From contig OZ024742.1 of the NCBI GenBank assembly GCA_964016885.1, positions 60,884,001 through 60,948,000 of the forward strand: a stretch of DNA of 64,000 nucleotides, written 5' to 3'. Each line of letters starts with the position of its first letter. Within the stretch, counting starts at the first letter, position 1. The notes below the pieces were generated by a model that was not told where the DNA came from, did not search any database, and saw nothing but the letters and a program-made list of their open reading frames with translations. The DNA comes from Eledone cirrhosa. Its lineage: Eukaryota. A program made the translations under genes and the position numbers. Shown here in pieces: positions 25,151 to 38,336 of the stretch.

Positions 25151-26077
25151 TCAATGTTTTGGTTTATGTATGTTTAACCCCACGTCATTAGCCTTACCAA
25201 GTTTATCGGCCACGGCCGTTAAAAAATAGCGCTTTCCGTTTAATAGGATGGTAGGATAGACAGATCTTGGTTTTTGTATCCTACCAGGGTGTTCATATTT
25301 ATTCCACACAAGACGCAACGCTCTAGAGTGGCATTTCTCGCTAAGTCTTCAGCGGACTGACACCGAAACATTTGTGATATTTCTTCCGGTTCTCTGTTCA
25401 TTAACTTCAAAACCTATCGATGTCAACTTTGACTTTCATCTTTTCGAGGACGACACAAATTGTACCAGTACAGTATTGTTTAGCTGATTACAAGTAGTAA
25501 GTAAGTTTTCGATCCTACCTAATACCGCCATAGGTTATATTATTATATGTATATACACGTAATCCTGATGTAGCCGTTGGGCACCGTAGTATCATACAGT
25601 GAGTTGTGGGCATGTTTTAAACCTAAAGAAACCCATCCTCTCTCCGTGACTGAAAGCAGCCTATGTTTTCCATAGAAGAAGACAGAAAGAAAAAAAGAAA
25701 TGAGAACATGAGCACGTGTGCGTAAGACAGACAGAAAGTGAGATAGAAGGGAATGGACCCCAATACTGGACTGGCAAGTTTTTATCGACGGCAAAATTGA
25801 CCGGGTCCGGTTTTGAACAAATACTGAAAAGCCTTAATTCCAACGTTATAATGACTGCCAATTCGCCACCTATTAGATATACTAGCAGAAAGACCACACT
25901 TCGCGTGGTTTTCTGCTAGCATGTGTAGAGTGCATATTGATATTATACGCAAATATATATTCATGTAGATGATACATCAAATAAAATCGTAATTGGCAAT
26001 ATACACTCTCTTCTGCAATCAGTAAAGTAATCCATGATACATTTAAAAAGACGATATAATATATTAACTGCAGTGGA

Positions 26078-26252
26078 TTGTCAGTATCGGTGGGGGGTTT
26101 GACTCTTTGCAGCAAAGAGTTACAGCCCTTTATGGTCTGAGTTCAAATCCCGCCGAGGTTAACTTTGCCTTTCATCCTTATGGTGTCGATAAAATAAAGT
26201 ATCAGTCATGCACTGACATAATTGCTGGCCTTGTGCCAAAAGTAGAAACAAT
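26078..26252 (+). mobile_element. SINE family 1 copy
   Basis: Close match to 5440-5620 and 45850-46030. Confidence 0.8.
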
Positions 26253-27013
26253 TATATATTAACTGAATTAGGATAACATTAGCCACGGAAATATAAGCGA
26301 TGTTTTTATAAGTGTTATAATATAACCGGAAGTGTTGACATTTGAAAATTTTAAAGAATTGTATCTTTAAATAAGCAATATGATATATTTAATCAAGAGT
26401 TACGAAATTTAGTACATAAATTATGTAATATTGATTCATTATTTATTCAAAGTAATCCAACTTATTTTACAAACGGAGTAAAAAAATATATTCTGCAGGC
26501 CCGCACTCTTTTCTTTATTAAATTTAAGATTGCATATAGATCTATATTATTTAAGGCCGTATCGTATTCCCCGAAACACATATGTAAACGGTGTGTCTAC
26601 TATTTCTGACATACTGTGTGACTACATCACAGGCTCCGATTTTAACGGCATGTCTGATATAGTAGACAACGTAAGCTGCAACAGATGCTTCAGTTATAAC
26701 TATATATATTGTTTCGTGACTTCAACATTCCATTGTTATTTTCTAATACGAACGAAACTGAAGTAAAATAGAAAACAGTACCAAAACTATTTATAAAAAT
26801 ATATTCTAATATTTCCGGCGGGTATAAAATAGAAGTGTATTGTTATAAGAGTTGTAGTGAAAAGAGAATTAGTCGGTATATATTCTCTTCACTGATGTAT
26901 AAACAATTGTACTAGCATACATCACATTTATATAGGATAGTTCCGTTTTTTTTTTGTTTTTCAAGTGTGCGTTTATTATTATTTTTATTATTATTATTAT
27001 TGTTAATATTATT

Positions 27014-30000
27014 GAAGGTGAAGCCACGCTTCTTATCGCCTCCAGTTTTTTTTTTAACAGTTTACCTCGTTTTCAACCGTTCTAAACCTTTTATTCAAGT
27101 TTCAAACTTGATTAAACTTTAGAAGAAGTGACCCACCTAATACAGGGGTTCACTCGTAAATTTACGGGGTGTCATATTGTGTAAAAAATTATTTGAAAAA
27201 AATTTCTTTCAACATGAATAACACGAGAAAGAGAGAGAGCGCTGTCAGACAACACAGAGAGAGGGAGACTTTGTCAGCATATCAACAAGACAGCGTTCTG
27301 GTGAAGGTAAATTTAAAAGAACATATTACGAAGGAAAAGAGGAACAATAGCATTTTTAATGATATTGTTGCAGATTTAAAATCACCAAATATTTCTAACA
27401 CAAACAACACCAACAATAACACCAACAACAACACCATCAATAACAATAACAAAAATAACAGCGGTAGGGTCGAGAACAACAATAACAAAAATAACAGCGG
27501 TAAGGTCGAGAACGACAATAACAATGGCAATAACAACAGCCACAACAACAATAACAATGACAATAACAACAGCCACAACAACAATAATATTAGAAACAGT
27601 ATCAACAAAAACAACAATAATAACAGTAACAACAGCAACAGTATCAACGAAAACAACAACAACAACAACAGCAACAACAGTACCAACGAAAACATCAGCA
27701 AAGACATCGATACGTGTAACAGCGATCGCAGCAGGACCAGTGGCGGCAGCAATAGTGGTGCTGCTGAAAAAGGGACCACTTCTTTTGCAGGTGTCGCCCG
27801 AAATATCGAAAAGGTGTTAGCCACAGAGCAGGAGATGGTAGTCGCAAGGGCCATGGTGACAAGAAGTGACAATAGAGTCTCCCTGAAACCTCCACCCGAC
27901 TTTTTCAAGGACCAGCAGCTGCCGGAGGTGACTTACCGCACCGTAAGCAAAATCTCACATTGGGTAGAGAGAGCCACGGAGGCTCAAATCCAAAAGGCCT
28001 TGGGGTGCGTCTGGGCACGCAAAACCCACATCACCCGAGGCTGAAAGTACGCCACAGTATACGTACATTTTGCCACCCCCCTGGAAGCGAAGTCTCATTC
28101 TTTGGCAACCCTAAAGTGTGAGGAGATAGTCTTGGGACCCTCCTACTGCGGGCAGAAAATTGGGAAGATCAAAGTGACCCAGGTCCCACCCGACGTGCCC
28201 ATACTTTGGCTGGCTGCGTCTGTCCTTGCTGGAATCGAGGACAGGACGACCATGATGCAAGTAGAGAAAATAAGGAGAGAGAACTGGTCAGGTATAGGCA
28301 TGAAAATGCTTATACAAACTGACCAGGAATGTATTGACGCTATCCCCGATATCATATACATCGAGGAATGACTGCAACTACATATAGGCGTAGAAGGAAG
28401 ATGGCCAAAATGTTATCTCTATGGGTCAAAGGGTCACCTCAGGGCCTTTTTCCCGCAGAAGACAGCGAAGAAGAAGGCCCCTCTCCTTCCAATAGCTGGT
28501 CCGCTGCTACCAAGAGCAGGGCAGGAAACAAACGCAGAATCCCCTTCCACGGTGAGTAGGAAGGCAACGTCCGTGGCACCCGTACCAAGGCCACGGACAA
28601 CTAAAGCAGCAGCATCGGTGGCAACAACACCAGTAGTTGCACCAGCAACAAAATTGCCGGAGAGGGCTCCACTACCACCACCAACAGCCGTGGAGCACAT
28701 ACCCCCCCCCCCCCCCCCCCCCCCAGACGCCACGGAATCTGACATGGAGTATGAGGCGGGAGGGAAGTCGCAAACGGTCTGCCACAAAAAACAAAAGAGG
28801 AAAAAACCGTTAGCTTCACGCTCCAAAAGTGAAGGCAGACAAAGAGGGGTTAAGGCTGCAAAGAGACTTGCAGCAACACTACCACCATCACCATTACCAC
28901 CACAATCACCACCGCCAACAATAACCACACCACCATCACCAAAAACACCAACATCCGAAACAAAACAAAACACACACACCAAACAGCAACAAGAAGAAAA
29001 CAGCAACAAAATCACTGCTCCCCCAAAAAGTACACAGCCATAAACTTGACAAATAGAGAACTCATACAATATATAAAGCAGCACACAGACATCACAGAAA
29101 AAAACCTACTACCCCCCACAAACACCAATAAATCCCCGGTCAAACATAAACATCATTGATATGAAAATAGAACAGTACAAACTTTTAAAACAAAAATTCC
29201 CCAACGCAGTTGGAGACTTCAGTGGGTCAGTTACCAAGAGGATATACACTGACATCCTCTTCGAAACCCCCATGACCAGTCACAGGGACGGTTCTATTGT
29301 CCCTTCACCACACAATCAAGGTAAGTGACCCTTTCTCACTTGCCCCGTTTCTCATCCAACATGGCGGTACTTAGAATAGGCAGTATAAATGCACGTGGCT
29401 GGGGTCATCTTGGAAGCAGGGTCACCTGCTCAACGACCTCAGGTCACTAAACATAGATGTGGTGGCTATCAGCGAGACCAGAATCTCCGAAACACAATCT
29501 TCGGCGGTTACGATGTATACGCATCTCGCAGCCGTCCAGGATCGGGGGGAAGGGTTGCCGTCCTTTTTCGGAGAGGCTTGGATCTCGCCATACGGGCCAT
29601 CTTCCTGGACCCAGAAGGTAAGTCTGTGGTGCTGGACGTGACTGGCAGCGAAGGCAATGCTTTCAGGCTAGTAGCCGTCTACGCCTCAGCTGGGGCAGGA
29701 CGGCCAGATTAGTTCAGACATCTAGAGACCTTTCTTGGAACGTCCCGCTCTTTAGTGGGTGACTGGAACGGTATCTTGGATGGACGCTGGGATTGTGTGG
29801 GGATAGTGGATAGGGGAGGAGGGTGCAAGAGCCTCACCAACCTGCGCAGACATTTTGAACTGTCTGGCAGGTATCGACTGGATCACCTGAACGTGCCAAT
29901 GTGGACATGGACAAACCGTATCGGGTCATCCAGATCGTAGCACGATAGGGTATTCTGCAGAGAACTGGATGAGGCTAGTATAGGTTGTCCACAATTTAAA

Positions 30001-32798
30001 ATAGTCGACTACACAGATCACAGATTTGTGATCTGTGAGATCGACATAGACAGACTTCATAGACAAGGGCCCGGTTACTGGAAGCTGAACGCGTCTTTCC
30101 CGGCGCGCAAAGCCTACGGAGACCGGATAAGCGTATTAGTTAAGCGGGCTTTGACGGGAGCGGTCGTCAACAACAGGTGGTGGTTCGCCCTGAAAAGGGC
30201 TATTAAAGTAGAGTCAATTAGGTTCAGCAAAGGACTAGTGATAGAGGAAAATAGAGTAGAGGGAGAGCTAGTCAGAAGCTAGAAGAGGCGTTTAGTACAG
30301 GCATCGCAACCGATGTGCTTGCGGTGAGATTGGGACTCGACCAATTCTTCAACGCAAAACACAAAGGCTGCGTTGTCAGAGCTAGAGCGCGTGCTCTGAA
30401 ACACGAGGGGATAAAAGCCGTCCAATAAGCCCGGGTGGCAGAGGCCCGACGTGGCAACACAGCAACAATTCGGTCTTTATCTGAACAAAACAGGCGCGTG
30501 TTGCTCGAACCCGAGCAGATGTGTGAAACTTTTCAGCAGCACTTTTCTGAATTGTTCGGGAGCATAGCGGACGGATCGTAGTATGGACTTCAGTGCGTAT
30601 CTCGAGGGACTGCCTCGGCTCTCGACGACCGCAGCACAGTGTTGCGAAAAGCCAATAACAGCCGGTGAAATACGGGAAGCGATGGCTAACTGCACGAGGG
30701 GTAAATCGCCAGGTTTGGATAGTCTCCCCTACCAGCTTTATGCATTTATGCCAGACTTGTTCGGTGACCTCTTGGCAGACGTCTACCGCAACTGGCAGCA
30801 GAACGGGAGCATTCCCAGTTTTGTGAGCCGGGGAGCGCTGGCGCTACTGAGAAAAGACCCGAACAAGGTTGATGTTATCGATTACTTCAGTCCCATAACC
30901 CTGCTAAACGCAGAGTTCAAGATTTTGGCCAAGCTGTTAGCAACGAGGTTGGCGCTTGTCGTCAAGGATCTGGTAGGAGAGGCGCAAACATGCGCCATTC
31001 CGGACAGATCCATACACGACAACCTCCACCTCATGCGATACATCATAGAGAGGGTAGTTAAGGAACCGGGCACGGGTGGGGCCCTGATAAACTTGGATCA
31101 ATCCAAAGCATTCGATAGGGTCGATCATAAACCTGGCGGCGGTCCTCGAGGCAGCCCGTTTCGGGCCCGTCTTCAGGTGTTGGATCGCTGCGATGTACAG
31201 CGACATCTGCACAGTTGTGAGGGTGAACTGTTACCTATCGCAGCCGTTCAGTATCATGCGCTCGGTCGCCCAGGGTTGTCCCCTCTCGTCCCTCTTGTAC
31301 GTATTGGCTCTCGAGCCGTTACTGCACACACAAACTGGGGGCGATGTGTGGCGTCCCACGCGAACTAGGATGCGGCAAATCCGAGTCGGCTTACGCCGAC
31401 GACGTCACCGTGGAGGTGTCGAGCACCAGACACGTTCAGATGCTCGGCACCGCTCTCAAGGAATATGGAGCGGTGACAGGAGCAAAGATAAACCAGGAAA
31501 AGTCGATGGGCACCAACTCTCACCAAAATGGAGCGCCTCCTCTTCCGCCTTTTGTGGAAGGGACGCGCTCCCATGGTCAGACGATCCATCTGCTGTCAAC
31601 ACCCGTTGCGTGGAGGACTGGGCATGCCATGGCTGAAGATGCGCAAATATGCGCTGGGGCTGCGACATCTCTGGTGCTTCCTTGACAGTGAACAGGTGTG
31701 GTCGCCATTCGCCAGGCACGTTTTCCGACAGCTCGTCTCCTTGACGGACATGCAGTCTTGGGTCAGGAAAAGACCGAGGGATAGTGCTTGGAAACTGGAA
31801 TGTCTCCAGGCGCTCACTGTCCTCTGCCAGCTGGGCACCAGTATCGGTGGAAAATCCACCTCGGCGTTCTATAGAGGACTAGTGGAGGGGAAGAGCGACG
31901 ACGTTCTCGGAGAGATCCTGGGCGTCGAAGATCAGCTGTTTGCTCTCTTACTGAGAAATTTCAGCCCAGGTCCTATGGATAACCTCAAAAATCCCTGGCC
32001 TGGCAGTGCTACCGGGGAGCGTTGTCGGTTCGAGATAAGCTCTACAGGCACGGAAGTGCCGTCAGCCGAGCCTGTCCGAGATGCGCACAGAGCGACGAAA
32101 CCGTCGTGCACGAACTCATTCAGCTACCGAGCATTGCTGACTTGTGGATCTATGTTGAACAGTTGCTGTCGCGTGTAGGACTGATCCGGTTATCGACTGA
32201 GTCTCGCCGTCTTCCTTCGAGGAGGAAGGGCAAGCGGTTTTCATCTGCCTGGTGGCCATGGCGAAAGAGATTGTGTGGTGGACAAGGTTGAAAGGGTTAA
32301 AGAGAGACACTTTCCTCTTCGGCGAATCCCTAATTAACCTTTTAAAGTTTCACTTGAAGAGGAAAATCAGGGTGGAGAGGCAAGTGCTGCCTTCTAGCAA
32401 GTTTGTTGAAAGGTGGGTGAATGTAGCGGGAATGGTCCGAGTGAACGGGACCGCTCTGAATATACGCCTATAGTTTGAGAAATGGAAAAGTTGAGAGAAG
32501 GCGCTTGCCCTGGGGGTCAGGGTGGCCGTGGTCTTTTGTGTGGTTTTCACCACGAGTAACCATCGGAGGTTTCCCTCCTATTGGGGAATTTTTCATTGTT
32601 TCAATTTTCATTTTTATTGTTTATATATATATGTTTCTATATCTTTTTTTTCTTCTTTTCTTATATAAATAATAAAAATCTTTACACGCCCAAAACCCAC
32701 ATCGTACCATCATGTACCGTCCTCTGCAGTCTGTAATGTTATCCTTGATGTCAGCCCTTGTGGCTAATAAAGAAATTATTATTATTATTATTATTATT
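27014..32798 (+). mobile_element. Tx1/L1-like LINE, copy A (divergent subfamily, pseudogenised)
   Basis: Broken ORF1 (27169-29330) and ORF2 (29361-32473) are collinear with the intact copy but carry many stops, frameshifts and a deletion at ~31510. AATAAA plus (ATT)n tail; (ATT)n at the 5' flank. Confidence 0.92.
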
Positions 32799-32799
32799 A

Positions 32800-35700
32800 C
32801 AGTTTCATTTATCTTGCTTTATGTTCATACGAGTTCTCACCAAGTCACAACCAGTGACCACAAGAGACAACAAGGTCCGCCATGTTCAAGAAAGAACATA
32901 CATACACACACATCCATCTTTAGGTGATGTACTTATATTGATGGACTTGTGATGTACTTATATTGACAGAATCTTCCTTAGTATATGGGCAGTTCCCATT
33001 AGTACTATCTTTTGTATTTCTCCTATACGCGGGTTTCCTGGGAATTGCGATAAGTAATCATTAGACCCCTTAGGTATCATTCCTAGAGCGCCTACAGCCA
33101 CTGGTATTGTTTTAGTTCTCAATTTCCACATTTTTCCAATTTCTATCTCCAGGTCCTTATACTTGTTCAATTTTTCAAATGTTTTTATAGAAACATTCTT
33201 GACTATTGGAACGGACATATCAATTAGCAGGCATACCCTCTTTTTAAAGTCCTTCAGTATTATATCAGGTCTATTTGCATCTATTTTTCAGTCTGTTTGG
33301 ATGCTAAAGTTCCACAAGATGGAGATGTGATCTTTTTCAAGTATGGGAGGTGGTTGATGCTCTCACCAATTTTTTTTAATGGAACAGGTCAAAATGCTTA
33401 CACATTATCCAATGTATGTATTGTGCAGATCTGTCATGCCTGTTTAGGTATTCGGTTGGAGCTATAGGACTGCACATTGAAATTATATGATCAATGGTTT
33501 CTGGTTGTTTTTTACATACACGGCATAATGGGTTGCATCCATTTTCTATTATGTTGGCTTGCTGATTTTTTGTTGGCAGACACTGATCTTGTGCTGATAT
33601 AATCAGTCCTTCAGTCTCCGATTTCAGTCCAGAGGATGCCAACCACTGATGGTTTAACGTTTTGTCAACATCAGGATGGTTAGTTCTTTCTGGGTATTTT
33701 TCATACAAAGGTTTTTTTTGCCATTTCTTAGCCAGTTTCTGTAGCAGTTCTTTCTTTGCAGTTACTTTTACCTGCTTTGCTTTTTCTGTGTTTTCCATTT
33801 CAGCAGTGAATGGGGCTTCTGAAATGTGTAGTCCATTACTGTATCATTGTGCATCTTTTGTAATGGAGTATGATTTTTTTATGTTTTCGTGTTTCAAAAC
33901 GAGTTTGATCATCCAATCATGTGATTCCCTTAGATATGTAGATAATCCAATTGTTGCAGTTTTCAACGCAATATCTAACTGGATTAACCCACGTCCTCCC
34001 TCTTTCCTAGGGAGATATATTATATCTGTATCTGCCTTAGAGTGATGCATTCTGTGCATAGTTAAGCATTTTCTTATTTTTGTATCGAGCCTATGGATCT
34101 CTGTGCTTGACCAGTTGATGACATTGTAACTGTAGGTTACTACTGGTATGGCAAGCGTGTTTATGGCATCGATCCTGTTCCTTGCATTCCATTCCGTTCT
34201 TAAGATTGCTCTTACTCTGCGGAAACATTCCTTCCTTATCCTTTCCCTCATTGTCGAGTGCTTGATTCCATCTCCTTCACAAACACCTAGATATTTGTAA
34301 GTTTCCTCTTGATCAAGTTCTCTCATCACATTCCCCCGATCAAGATTAATTTCTGTACTTTTCAGCAGCTTTGCTCTGATGAACTTAGCTTGGCGCATTT
34401 GTCTAGTCAAAACTCCATTTTAATATCATCACTGAACTGCTTCAAATAATAGCTCTTGCAATTGCTCGTCATTTTTTGCAAATAGCTTCAGGTTATTCAT
34501 GTAGAACAAATGATTAAAGATTTGTCATAAACTTATATATATCCATGTTTTGTTTAATTGAGCATTTTACTTAACGGTATAAGCGCAATGCAGAATAAAA
34601 GTGGTGATTGAGTCACCCTGAACAATTCCACAGTTAATATTAACTTCTCCAGCTTCCAGTGTTTTTTTTCACTATTCAAAAGGAGTGTCGTTTTCCATGT
34701 CTTCATACTGAATGACAGGAACCTCTTGACAACGAGAGATATTTTGAAAATCTCTAAACATTATTCAATCCAACTGTGTGGCAAACTATCGAATGCTTTT
34801 TTATAATCTATTCAAGCAATTGATAGATTTGTGTGTCTATTATGACAATCTTCCAGTATCATTCTGTTAACCAAAAGCTGATCCTTACAGCCATATGAGC
34901 CTCGTTTACACCCTGTCTGCTCATTGGGAAATACATCATTTGTTATCAGGTGGTCATATGCATATTCAATTAGGACTTATGTTAAAATTTTATACATTGT
35001 GGTCAAGAAAGTTATCAGTCTGTAATTTTCGGGATTGTTTGTCTCATCATTCTTCGAAAGCAGGAATGTAATGCCGTTAACTACCCATGATGGTATCTGT
35101 TCTGGCTTCTTAACTATTTCATTGCAAAGTTGGGCTAACAGCTTATGAGACTCTGTGAAGGCATTTATCAAAAAATTTGGTATTTTGTCTTTTCCTGGGG
35201 ATTTCCATTTGCTGGTTTTTCTAAGAGCCAAACGCAACTGTTCAACTGTTGTATTTTCCCATATTTGTTCCTCAAGGTGAGCTCTATCTTTCATTTGTCT
35301 GTCTATCAATGGGGCATGCATATTATGAACTTTTTCTTCGGCCCAGATCTTTTCCCAGAATTCTTGCACTCCCTCCTTGGATGGTATTGATTTAGCAGTT
35401 ATTGACTTGCCAATTTTTCTGTAGAATTTTCTTTGGTTGTTTTTGAACATATTATTGTCCTTATAGAATCTAGATCGTTTTTCAAAGCGCCTTATACGAG
35501 CAGCTTTGGCCGACACTTTTTGCTTGACTATTTCTATCAGCATGTCTATGTCACTTGTTGATTTTATACTGTATTTTCTTTTCAATTTTCTAAGTTTAGT
35601 TTGTTTAACATGTTCACCTACTTTGTAGGTTGTTAAAATTTTTATGTCAGATCGGAGGAGGTTTATTTGGCGATTGATGTTCTCTTGCCAAGTAGATTTC

Positions 35701-37743
35701 TTGTGGGAATTCCTTTGTTTTTTTCATTTTCACTCCACATAAGTGAGTGGTGACTTTAGCCGATGCATAATAGAGATGATTTAAATCAGTAATGTTTAGT
35801 TTCTTTGTGATGATAATGTTTTTTATAATTATGTTAGTCTTGTGTATTATCTTTTGGTTCTGTTTGGAGTTCTGGATCTTAGGGAGGGTGTCTCGTTCCC
35901 CCATGTCAGATTCTTTCATTTTCATCCATTCGATCATAATTTCATCCTTCAAGTTGGCAAGTTCATTCTGATTCATTTCTTTATCATTTACGATCTCATT
36001 ATTTTCATTTGGAGTTTCATCATGAGCATGCACTCCCTCCACTTTTTAGATCCTTTCTTTAATTTGTTCTGTTGTCAGTGATTCCGCCCCAACCCTGGGA
36101 TTCGAAGTGTTACAATTTACCTCGTTTTCACTGAAACATGTTTCATTTTCCCTTTGCTGACTTTGTGCTAATAGCTTGATCTGATCAATTTCTATATCAG
36201 TTAGTAACTTTTTTTTTACAATATTTCTTCGCATATTGGCTAGTTAGTTTGTTACTGTCAATATAGCCTCTGATTTCGGTATGTTTCTTTTTCCAGTTGA
36301 TATATGTCTGTTCTGTATTCGATCTATTTGATGGGTAGTACATGGCAGTGTAGAAATCCTCAAGGACTTCTTTATTGTCTTCGACCATTTTTCTCTCTTT
36401 TTCTTTGGATTCCTTGGTGGTGAGCATGGAGGGCCAACAGTAGGAGTATTCCTGTTATGGGAGGTCTCCAGCTCCGAAGTGATAGGAAGGTTTGAACCAT
36501 TAGCTGATTTTTTGACCGTAGTCTGGTTCCTCTCTGAGGGACGCGGCCCTTTTTGACCCGGGTGACGGCCGATCCGGTATGAGATTTTATCATTAGACAT
36601 TTACTTTATTTTGTCGCGTTTTATCCTTATCCGCCAAGGGGTAATCATTTCGTGTTACCACTTCTAGGACGAGTGTCAACCAAGACTAGAGGGGTCGTCC
36701 TCCCACTAGAGACACGGCTATTCCCCGCCGGCATCATCCCGGTATTTCTTGGTCACGGGGTTTTCTTTTTGTTGTTTTTTAAATTGTTATTATCATGAGT
36801 GGTTCCTTAATGTGAGCATTGCGTGGCTTAAGAATGAAATTATTAATAATATAATATACTTTTTGCTGAAGTTGCCTGTTATTGTTGTTGGCTATGTCGG
36901 TGGTGGTGCTGGGGCTTTTTCTATTGTTAGTGGGGAAGGGGGGAGCCAGCAGTTGAATAGTCGTTGAAGTTTTGCCGGTGCCCGGGTCACTAAGTCAATC
37001 TATTTATATCTTTTGCTAGCCTCTCCCTTGTCTAGTGATACTGCCACCTTCCCCTTTCTTAAGTTAACAGAAGGTAATCGGGGAATAGTGGTGGTAGCAA
37101 TGAAGGAGTGGTGGCGGCGGTGATGGGATAGTGGTGGCAATGATGGATGGAGTGGTGGCGGCGGTGACTATAGTGATGGCGTTGTCGTTACTGACTGTTG
37201 TTGAATAGACAGACTGTAGTTTTGTTTGATCTGGGTATCTATGCGTTTGTCACGTATGTTTAATATATGTGTTGATATATTCCCTTAATATTGGATTTAA
37301 ACATTTTGTTAAAACTTGAGACAATAATAATAGTAATTATTATTATTATGCTGAGATTGGTGGTGGTGGTGGTGGTGAAATTGCCGTTATCTGGCTCTTG
37401 TATTTAGTGTACACAGAGGGGTGATGGGGTAGGTGGTTTATCTAGTTTCTTGTGTTGGTGAAATTGCTGTTGTTTGGCTGTTATATATAGTGTAGACAGA
37501 GGGGGTTTTCTTCCATTTATAACCATTTTATTTTTTGAGTATAAAATGTATAATACAAAATTGAATATTTGAGCGATATAACAATATATTATGGATCCGA
37601 ATTTTTCTGAGACTTGAGTCGGAAGCTTTATATATCATTTGTACAAAGAATTGTTATTTCACAATTGATTTAAATATGTTAAAAATCAAAAACTTACGGG
37701 AGCGATTTCATGACCTGCTATCCACCATGTGCGTCGTCTTCCC
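32800..37743 (-). mobile_element. R4/Dong-like non-LTR retrotransposon, family 1, degraded full length
   Basis: Fragments WKSPGKDKI, ENYRLITFL, YKYLG, LYLPRKEGGRGL-like, ETEGLIISAQDQ, CRVC...ETIDHIISMC, RHD and KY.DL..EI..MW......PVAVGALG (REL endonuclease). (TAA)n at both ends on the sense strand. Confidence 0.88.
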
Positions 37744-37748
37744 TTATC

Positions 37749-37799
<51 letters not shown>

Positions 37800-37800
<1 letters not shown>

Positions 37801-38106
37801 AGTTGCATTTATCTTGCTTTATGTTCATACGAGTTATCACCAAGTCACAACCAGTGACATCAAGAGACAACAAGGTCCGCCATGTTCAAGAAAGAACATA
37901 CATACTCACACATGCATCTTTAGTGTTTAGACTTGTGATGTACTTATATTGACAAAATCTTCCTTAGTATATGGGCAGTTCCCATTAGTACTATCTTTGT
38001 ATTTCTCCTATACGCGGGTTTCCTGGGATTTGCGATAAGTAATCATTAGACCCCTTACGTATCATTCCCAGAGCGCCTACAACCACTGGTATTGTTTTAG
38101 TTCTCA
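37800..38106 (-). mobile_element. Short 3' fragment of Dong-like family 1
   Basis: Near-duplicate of 32800-33120, with (ATT)n on both sides. Confidence 0.88.
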
Positions 38107-38336
38107 TTATTATTATTATTATTGAATGCCATGGTTGACGGAGGCTCGGCTCTGTAAGGTATAGTAATTTTTAACCGTTAAAACAATTGTAAATTGTTTA
38201 AAACTTGAACCAAATTGTTGATAAAGACACCCTCCTCCTCGTGAGAGGGGTCTTTCTGTCCGTTATTTGGCCCTTCGGGGTTAAATAACCAGTTATTGGG
38301 GTTTTGTACCCAAAATTTCATTTTAAACAAAAAAAC

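Noticed and set aside
36660-36760. GC-rich segment upstream of the Dong-like ORF as a possible HDV-like ribozyme
   Set aside because: I could not build a consistent nested double pseudoknot by eye; it needs a descriptor search.
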